Assembly: GCA_001600695.1 (NCBI GenBank)
Contig: BCKQ01000020.1
Span: 13,608 to 21,637 of the forward strand
Reading direction: 5' to 3'
Source of the DNA: Ascoidea asiatica JCM 7603
Lineage: Eukaryota > Fungi > Ascomycota
Length of the DNA stretch: 8,030 nt
How positions within the stretch are numbered: the first letter of the stretch is position 1; every line of letters begins with the position of its first letter. The notes under the pieces are model-generated. The model was given only the letters and a program-made list of their open reading frames with translations, searched no databases and was not told the origin of the DNA. Positions 1 to 7,802 of this stretch are shown in pieces. The position numbers and the translations under genes were made by a program.

Positions 1-2
1 CA

Positions 3-921
3 ATGGCTCCCAAATCTGGAAAGAAAAAACGTTCTCCTGTTAGGGCTTATAATCAACAATTACTTCCAATAAATGGGGTAACGGATTCAAAATTAGTTAG
101 AGTATTGGAAAATCGTTCACCAAAGCGCCTGTATGGCAAAAAAAAGACTAAAATGCAATATAAAAGACCCAAAACAGACTATTTTTCATCAAATTCTGCC
201 AAAAAATTGCTTAATGAGTTTATAGCAGTATCGAATACTGGTTGTTCAAAAATTAGAACAATAAATGAAAACGGAAAAACTATAATTATTTTTGATTCTT
301 CGTTTTCAGATTCTGATACTTCAGGAAAGCAGAACTGGAGTAAAAATAATGATGTTATGGACGTATGGGAGAGTACAGATACTTTAGAGTTAAATAAGGT
401 TAACAAAAGTTCCTCAAATGAAGGCAATTTACGCATCTTAGCACATTGTCCAAAACAAACAAAAGTTGATGGGAAACCTGTTACATTATCAAAATATTGG
501 TTACAAAAAAGATATCCTAATTTATCTGCCTTGCAGGCGTCAAGTACCAAATTTTTTTCCAGAATTAATAAGCTTATGGATGAGGGCAATATTTGTGTTA
601 CTTCGTTTATCGGAAGAAGATTTTCATAATTTTGAAAAACCAATTAACTTATATTTTGGTAGAAAAAACTTTCACTTGATAGTACGAATCGTGAAGGATC
701 TTCCCTTTTGCTACTACCGAATTCGAAAAAAATTTCAACCAGGAAATCAATTTTTTGATGGAATATCAAATGAGGTCGAGGTTGATTATAAAAAATTAGT
801 TGATTTATGGGATGATCTAATAGAGAATTTTGTTTTAAAAACTAAGAAAAGACTATCTTTAAGTGGTGTTACTTATCAAGAACCTGAAAGATCTTTTCAT
901 TTGAAGTTCACAGAAATTTAA
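3..921 (+). pseudogene. Hypothetical protein gene, apparently split by a +1 frameshift near 580-600 (ORFs 3-629 and 466-921)
   Basis: A 208-aa ORF with ATG at 3 and a basic NLS-like N-terminus (MAPKSGKKKRS; KRLYGKKKTK) overlaps a second frame whose protein-like part (IFVLLRLSEEDFHNFEKPINLYFG...DYKKLVDLWDDLIENF...) runs to 921. Joined length is about 305 aa. No family recognised. Confidence 0.5.
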
Positions 922-939
922 CAGAGAGTGTTAATTATC

Positions 940-953
940 TTTTTTTTTTTTTT
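940..953. repeat. T14 homopolymer (A14 on the minus strand) between the two convergent left-hand genes
   Basis: Directly visible run of 14 T. Confidence 0.9.
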
Positions 954-1090
954 CGTTATGATCACAATTAATGGATTTTTAATTGTTGCGAAATATAATT
1001 TTAATAATCATACACAAAGTGATAATGTTAACTGGAAAAACTTTAAAATGCTATTTATCAATTTTGATTATAATCATTTACCAATTACTT

Positions 1091-1973
1091 TCAACCAGTA
1101 TCAGTTTTAAATGTATCTTGATCAGCTAAACGAGGGTTAAAATCATTGGCATTTTTACCATTAAGTTTTTTAATCACTGATTCTTTAAAATTTTTGGTTT
1201 CAAATCCTTTTGAAATTACTTTGCCAATTGCATTTCCAATTTCTTCCTCATGTTTATTTTCAATTTCCTGATTGTGTTTTACTTCCATTTCTTCATTATT
1301 TTTTTAAAAAATTCTTGAAAGTGATTAGAAGAAGATTCAGCCATTATAACAAAGGATCTCATCATGATCAACATTGTTTCGTCATAATAGTATAGAATAA
1401 GGTATAATGCTTGAACCCTAAAACAAGAGCTAATTGTGTGTTTTCTAAATTATTCAAAAAAGTTAGTATTACTAAATGTACCATTAAACAGAAACCAATT
1501 TTTTGTGAGGTTAAAAGAGGAAATGGCACATAAAAAATTTCATTGGTAAACCTTATTAGTAGTGGCCCCCATTCGCAGATGGAAGTGACCATTTCCTCTA
1601 TGTTAAGTTGTCTGAAACTGATAATATTTGAAGTTAAATTATTATCAACAAGCTTATACACAAACCCACCAAACCATTGGGTAGATAAAGAATAAACAAT
1701 TATAAATAACAAACTTTCAAACGCTGAAAATACGTCTTTAAATGGATATTGATCTAAAAAAGTTAAAACTGGAATCCAAGGTATAATCAATAGAAATGAT
1801 ACCCGAGCTAAACTGCCAGCTCCAAATAATGGGGTAAAAGTATTTCTAAAGGTAGTAAAGCTTCTACTTGGTCAAAGAAGCAGAAGAACCACCCTGATAG
1901 TAATTACACTGATTAAGGAAACTGCACATAATATGAAACATTTTGAATGGAGTTCATTGATTTCCAATGTCAT
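1091..1973 (-). pseudogene. Disrupted multi-pass membrane protein gene of unknown family
   Basis: ATG at 1973 is in frame with ORF 1368-1790 through one TGA (1872-1874). Hydrophobic segments: CFILCAVSLISVITIRVVLLLL, VSFLLIIPWIPVLTFL, LLFIIVYSLSTQWFGGFVY, IGFCLMVHLVILTFL, and LALVLG/VQALYLILYYY across a -1 shift at a G-run (1416-1418). That frame stops at 1279, or a second -1 shift at A7 (1299-1305) joins the charged ORF 1091-1288. Confidence 0.55.
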
Positions 1974-2138
1974 TTTAATGTTAGTTTTTGCTGCCTATTA
2001 GCTTGAAAAACAATGTATAAAAGTCAAACTTATAATCATTTCTAAAATAAACTAAAAGTATTAAAGGGAAAAATTGATAAAAAGAGATATAAAATTCAAA
2101 TCAAATTTCAAAATATTTAGTTCTTTGTTGAAATACAC

Positions 2139-2180
2139 TTAAGCGCCAACCACAATATTTAGCGCCCAATCACCAAATAT
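2139..2180. repeat. Two-copy imperfect tandem repeat (about 20 bp unit)
   Basis: ttaagcgccaaccacaatat / ttagcgcccaatcaccaaatat. Confidence 0.6.
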
Positions 2181-2722
2181 AAAAACAATATTTTGAATGT
2201 CTTTTGACCTTACAATACTGTTGCGGTTTCAATGGTTCCAGAAAGAAGTAGCTACAAGGTCCGAACCATAACAAACCTTTCCTATTTTGTGCGATAGCTA
2301 AAATATTTAATATTCTTAGCAATTTAAATTAACTGAGTAATACACTTATTAATAGAATCTTACTAAATCAATAAAAAATTAAAAGTTTCAATTCAATTAT
2401 CTTAAAAATAAATGGATTTATTCTCTTCTATTTGGCTTTCGGAATATAATCATTTACTAATATTTTATTGATTTCTTGACATACTGGAAGTAAAATATTA
2501 AAATTTGAAAGCTCGTTAAATCTTAGAAGTTAACAGAAATCAATATTATTCTTGAGCAAATTAATCCGAAACCATTTCAGATTAAATTATTAAGATTATG
2601 ATAATTTTTAGTAATTGAGAACATTCTCATTAGTAGTTTTTAATTTTACTTATCAATAATAAAACAATGATGAAAAAATATATTTCAACACTTATATTTT
2701 AATTTACTAGTAATTTGGGCCT

Positions 2723-3061
2723 TTATTTTGACCCCGAGGCTTCATTATCGGGTCTGTACACTAGTTGTGTTTCATCAAGTGAAAAGACATTCCGACCTTT
2801 AGTCTCAGCTACACGAGCATTCTCTTGTTCTGTTTATACAGGGTCTCCGTTTCTGACAACGTTTGTGGACACTAAGAAAGATCTAAATAACACTCCATAA
2901 TATTTTAACGCTGAAAAATTCAACGTTGAGAATTTATCAATGGCAAAGTCACATGCACGTTCTAACGTTTTTCTAAATTTAGGCTTCTGGGCAGAATTCA
3001 TACTCATTTCCGGTAAATATTCCGACCAAATTTCCCTTTTTAGCCAAGTTGATTTGTTCAT
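2723..3061 (-). pseudogene. Possible coding remnant of unknown function
   Basis: The 75-aa ORF 2834-3061 continues in frame past one TAA for 36 more codons (TEQENARVAETKGRNVFSLDETQLVYRPDNEASGSK*). The segment is GC-richer than the very AT-rich flanks. Confidence 0.35.
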
Positions 3062-3643
3062 AAATCACCCAAAGAAAGCAATAGTTAATGAACTTTTACC
3101 GAATTACATTGTTTTAAGAATTAAGAAGAAGAAAAAAAAGAACATATTATTCAGGGATGATGAATTTATATTTGCTTTATTCTTTTTTTAATTTGAGAAG
3201 AAAAAGAGTTTATTAAACTAACTAAGGTATTTTCTTTTGATTTTTTTGAGTTTTGAAAAAAATATAAAACTATATGTAAAATAAAATAAAAAGTAATACG
3301 GAAAGTAATATGAAATGTAGATTTAAAAAAAAATAAAGAGGAAAGATGAACAATTCTGAGGAAGCTTTTAGAAAAAATTGGAGGATGTAAATCAGATATC
3401 TTTCAATTAATGTACCAAAAGAACCAATACTATAAGTGATTTTTATGTTTCAATTGCTTTCATTCATCGCTAAAATCGCGTTCATCATAAAGTGGATCTG
3501 GAAAAATATTTTATCCAAAAATTGGGTATTGGGGAAATTTCGAGTTACCGCATTGGGATTTGTCTAAATTAGTGTCCTCGACAGCATTTAAACCTTCGGT
3601 TGAATTCCGGGGGTAATTAATATTTTTTTCCGCTTTCACTAAA

Positions 3644-4110
3644 TGTTCAAGGTTGATTGTAGTTCGAACGAAATATCTAATTATTACTAAGAAGATATCT
3701 AATTCAAATTATAAACAATTGTTTATTAAAATATAAAATATATAAAAATTATATAAAAAATATGGCCGCTAACTGCCCTATTTATATTAGTGGAAAATAG
3801 GAGCGGGTAACCCATCTTAAAAATAAATTAGTAAATTTAATATGTGCAAGTTCCATTCCCATACTTAAGAAGAGACATATAATAAAGTATTGTTTTAGAA
3901 GACACTACATCATTCTAAGCACAAACAAAAATATTCCAGTGCATTCGCGAGGCACACGGACCTTTGAAAAAAGAATAAATAATGCAGTCCAAGAACGTTT
4001 TACTACATTTAACATGTACACCAAAGTTCTAGGAACGCAATAGAATGTATTCGTAGAAAAATCTATGCAATCTTAGATACTCTGGGAATAGCCTAGAATA
4101 TTCGACAACA
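3644..4110 (-). repeat. Candidate 3' LTR / 3' non-coding region of the retrotransposon (boundaries uncertain)
   Basis: Directly downstream of the pol stop and non-coding. On the minus strand it begins TGTTG (4110), could end GAACA (3644), and contains TATAAATA then AATAAA. An alternative start is TG at 3848, after the purine tract GGGAATGGAA (3860-3851). The partner LTR is not in the window, so it is not confirmed as a repeat. Confidence 0.4.
3722..3786 (-). promoter_or_regulatory. TATA box and downstream polyadenylation signal in LTR-like order
   Basis: Minus strand TATAAATA at 3786-3779, followed by GC-richer GGGCAGTTAGCGGCC, then AATAAA at 3727-3722. The AT-rich background makes chance matches possible. 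Confidence 0.4.
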
Positions 4111-4156
4111 ATTCTCATAAAAGAATAAAATGATTAACAATCAAATAGCTCCAGGT

Positions 4157-5300
4157 TTACAAATCGAAGTCCGTTGAGATTTTGAGTAATCTTGATCTAT
4201 CACTATTTAGTAATTTTTGAGAATTGTTAAAAAACTTATCAATTTGATGATTATCAGTCAAAGCAGGGAATACCCTATTACCATTTAGGTTATTTGTAAT
4301 ATCAGCACCTTTGAAAGGAGAAAGTTTATAGACATGAGTATCAAAAACGTTTTTCATAATATGTGGGCCATCATAATATGGTTCTAATTTATGTTTTCAA
4401 ACACATTGTCTTCATACATAATCACCTATTTCAAAAACTTTCACGAATGCTTTGTGTGCTTGAAGTTGCTTTTTGGTATTACCAATCTTCCATTTGATTT
4501 TGGAATGTTCCTTTCTCTTTTGAACTAGCTTTTGATTTGTAAGACTCTTAAGTGAGTAGTTTCTTGATCCTCGGCATCTGTAGGTTTTCTTAGATAAGGT
4601 TGCCAGTTGTTGCTTGAACCTGCATAAACACCAAAAACTAAAAAGTAAGGTGAAAATTTATATTTTGACTTTCTGGACCTGTATTGAATTAATGCAGCAG
4701 TGATAACGAGGTCCCATTGTCAGGAAGCATTCAAATGAAATAACATTTGTTTAAATAAACCATTAAACTTCCCACCTTTACCATTAGTCTGCGGGTGAAA
4801 GGGAGTGGTTTTGCGACATTTCATTCCCAAAGAGTCTAATTTCTCAATAACATTATTTGCAACAAACCAGAACCATTATGCATAATAATTGCTTTCATTT
4901 GACCATGGTTAGTGACGATAGTTTAAATTAAATTTAAAACATGTAACTAGCCAGTATCTGGTGTTGCAACAGCATACGCATAATCTGTACCATAATCAAT
5001 TGCAGTGATACAAAAGTTATTTCCAGATGAAGTTTTTTGAAAAGGACCAATATAATTCATCCCCCATCTTGGGAAGGCTGTTGCAGAAGGAATTGGAGTT
5101 AATGTCTTAGAAATAGCTGATGGCTTTTTCATAAGCTGACAATGAGGACAAACTCTAATAACTTCTTGAAATAATAGAATACTATCAGGATAAAAGTATT
5201 TTTCATTTACCATGTTTTCTCGATTTCCAATGGAGCAGTGAGCATTTGAAAGATGAACTTTTTCAGAGACTTCCTTAAACTTATCTTCACTTAAAACAAT
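4157..5300 (-). pseudogene. pol: Integrase (HHCC finger, rve core, GPY/F-like C-terminus), inactivated
   Basis: HLSNAH (5238-5255)...CPHC (5139-5150); FPRWGMNYIGP...GNNFCITAIDY; IIMHNGSG; TTPFHPQTNGKGGKFN; QWD...AALIQYRS...FSPYFLVFG; FEIGDYV...KHKLEPYYDGPH...VYKL...NGNRV. Five stops and two frameshifts; terminal TAA at 4157-4159. Confidence 0.93.
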
Positions 5301-5539
5301 AGCTAAACGATCTTTAATTCTAATATGTAGTTGATTATCATAGAAAATAAAGTTAGCAAGGAAAAATTTAGAACTCATATTTTTAGGAATTTCTTTAGTT
5401 TGAAAAAATTCTTTAATTCTAATAAGATCAACTTCACACAAATCCTTAATATATTTGATGGTTTTGATTTGAGTTTCAGTGTCACTAAGTTGATCAATTT
5501 CCATTAATGTCTCATTTGCATTTTCACCAACTAAATCAG

Positions 5540-6189
5540 TCCTTCTTGATAGTAAATCAGGAAGCAAATTTTGTTTCCCAGGCTTACATTGAATATAACA
5601 ATCATAATGTTCAGTGTTTTCCATAAAGTTTCTAACTCTTTTTCATGTATCTGATTTAGTTCTAATATATTGCAGAAATTCATGATCGGGTCTACCAATA
5701 ATTTTGCATCCTTCAATATATTTTTGAAAATGAATCAATGAATGAACAACAGCTAAAAGTTCTCTCTCTTGAGCAGAATACTTTTGTTGTGTTTTTGAAA
5801 ATTTTCTTGATTCAAAAGCAACAGGATATAATTGGATCTTTCCAGTGTTCTCATTTTTATAGGGTTGGAGTAATACACAACCTAAAGCAAAGTCAGAAGC
5901 ATCAGTTTCTAAAATTCCAACTCTCTCAGGATCAAATGCTTTTAAAACAGGAGCAGTAGTTAATGTTTTTTTCATTGATGTAAAGCATTCAATTTGAGAA
6001 GGTTCTAACTCAATTTTTGTTCCTGGTTTAGGAGACCCAACCAATAAATCTGTAAGTGGGATCATTTGTCGAGAAAAATTTGAGATAAATTTTCGGTAAT
6101 ATGAGAATAAGTTAATGAAACCTCTTATATCAGTAATTGATTTTGTTAATGGCCTATTTAAGATTTTCTCGATCTTTGTAGGATCAGTT
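5540..6189 (-). pseudogene. pol: RT connection/tether and Ty3/Gypsy RNase H domain
   Basis: IRGFINLFSYYRKFISNFS...LTTAPVL...LETDASDFALGCVLLQ...PVAFESRKF...YSAQERELLAVV...RPDH, then in-frame TGA (5643-5645), continuing in the same frame as KRVRNFMEN...KPGKQNLLPDLLSR. Confidence 0.95.
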
Positions 6190-6900
6190 TTGATTCCTTC
6201 TGAGGAAACAATATGTCCTAAAAATTTGACATCTTTGCAAAAGAATTTTGACTTCTTCACATTTAATTGAAGTTTTTCTTTTTCAAGTTGAGTAAGGACC
6301 TCATTAACTTGATCAATATGATCTGCCTTATTATGGCTATCAATAATTATATCATCAACATAAACCATAACATAAGGTAGGTAGCCTAAAATTTTCATCA
6401 TAAATGATTAAAAGGTATAAGTACCATTGACTAAGCCAAAAGGCATGACATTGAATTGATAATGACCTGAAATGGAAGAAAAGGCAGTTTTAGCTTTACT
6501 ATCACTATCTAAAGCAATTCTCTTAAAAGCCATTTCTCATATCTAAGCAAGTAAAGTAATTTAGCAACATTCACTTTATTAAGGCAAATATCAATAGATG
6601 GCTAAGGAAAATAGTGCCTAACTCTAATAGCATTTAATTTCCTATAATCAACACAAACTCTATACGTTCTGTCATCTTTTGGAACAAGAACTAAAGGAAA
6701 GTTCCAACCACTTTTAGTTTCAGAAATTAATCCGGCTTCTAAATTTGATTTAGCAAATTCATCAATGAATTTTTGTTGAAGAGGACTATAGTTGTCACTT
6801 CCCATATAAATTGGTGTTTCAGAAGTTGTTTCAATAGTGTGTTTAAACAGTCTTTCTGGAGGTAATCTTGGAGTTGAATCACCTAAGTAAGAGTATTTCT
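6190..6900 (-). pseudogene. pol: Reverse transcriptase domain (disrupted)
   Basis: Reconstruction: LPPERLFKHTIE...SGWNFPLVLVPKDDRTYRVCVDYRKLN...YFP*PSID.../YFTCLDMRNGF*/IALDSDSKAKTAFSSISGHYQFNVMPFGLVNGTYTF*SFMMKILG...VYVDDIII...KKSKFFCKDVKFLGHIVS. YVDD is at 6351-6362. Three stops and two +1 frameshifts fall in 6400-6605. Confidence 0.96.
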
Positions 6901-6936
6901 AAGATCAAACAGTTGTTCCTCATTTGGCTGTGATGT

Positions 6937-7782
6937 TTAGACATAAAATTTTTCTAGTTCATCAACATTCTCTGGACTCAAAATACACTTATTACAATAG
7001 TTAAAAAGCATAATTGAAAATTCATCATTACCTTTAGCACAAAATTTATGGTCGTAGAGAAATCTACTTCCAATAGTAATATCGAAAGCTTTTGTTGAAC
7101 TTTCTGGTGAAACAGCACTTTTAATGTCAATTAAACCAAAGTTTTGAATGAATAGTGGTAAAATGACATCATTATTGACTATCCATGTGCCTGTAAAGCC
7201 ATGGATTCTTGTAGGCTTACGCTCTAGCATTTTCATTTCCAAGCCTTTTAAGGTTGATTCAGAAACATAGTTGGATTCAGCACCAGTATCGAAAAGAATT
7301 TTCATCTTTTTATCATTAGCAGTAGAATTGAAGTATCTATTAGGAAACTTATTGTTGTTGGTGTTGATTAAACTAAAATGTTCATCGTCAGAAAAGGATT
7401 CTGAGGTCAGTTCCAGCTCTGACTTTTCAGATTGGTCTTCCTCCACTCCTTCTTCAGCAATTCTGTAAGTAAACTTCTTGTCATATTTGTTTTTGTATCT
7501 AGAATTGGAATTACCTTTTGATTTTCTATTTGCAGCTTCGGTTTCAGCAATTTTTTTGTATTTTCTATACCAGAAACAAGTATTTCTGAAATGTCCTGCG
7601 AGATTACAGAAATCACAAGTTTTGGTTGTGGAACGAATTGCATTGAAGGTTTCCTTTGAGATTGAATCAATAATTGATTCAAGATTAGTGAACTTATAAA
7701 TATCATTGTCAATAATAACTTCATTTGAAACAGCTGTAAAAACATCTCTTGAACTGAACAAGTTAAGTAATTTGTTGAACAA
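6937..7782 (-). pseudogene. gag-pol: Gag nucleocapsid (CCHC zinc knuckle) plus retropepsin-like aspartic protease
   Basis: CX2CX4HX4C at 7576-7617, then a basic and an acidic linker, then ILFDTGAESNYVS (DTG at 7282-7290), flap-like IHGFTG and DITIGSRFL (D-h-I-G-x-x-F-L). Ends at TAA 6937-6939. Confidence 0.93.
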
Positions 7783-7802
7783 TTCAATAGTTGTTTTCGA
7801 TG

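Noticed and set aside
179-643. 154-aa minus-strand ORF
   Set aside because: Antisense shadow of ORF 3-629 with no motifs.
928-1395. Plus-strand ORFs 928-1110 and 1210-1395
   Set aside because: Short, driven by homopolymers or antisense to the membrane gene; non-ATG annotated starts.
3068-3100. GKSSLTIAFF as a P-loop remnant (ABC or Ras type)
   Set aside because: Lacks the upstream GxxxxGK glycine, is flanked by stops, and has no downstream NTPase motifs.
2715-3191. Plus-strand ORFs 2715-2900 and 2940-3191
   Set aside because: Antisense to the better-looking minus frame; the second runs into low-complexity poly-K/F sequence.
3445-3680. GC/CpG-richer patch with several 40-60 codon open frames on both strands
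   Set aside because: Possibly an exon remnant, but no frame can be preferred and no motif is recognisable.
3729-3762. (ATATAAAA)n-like repeat, and the AAAGTAATA duplication near 3290-3312
   Set aside because: Ordinary low-complexity AT-rich sequence.
5531-7699. Small ORFs 5531-5716, 5738-5959, 7271-7468 and 7478-7699
   Set aside because: Alternate-frame or antisense shadows of gag-pol.
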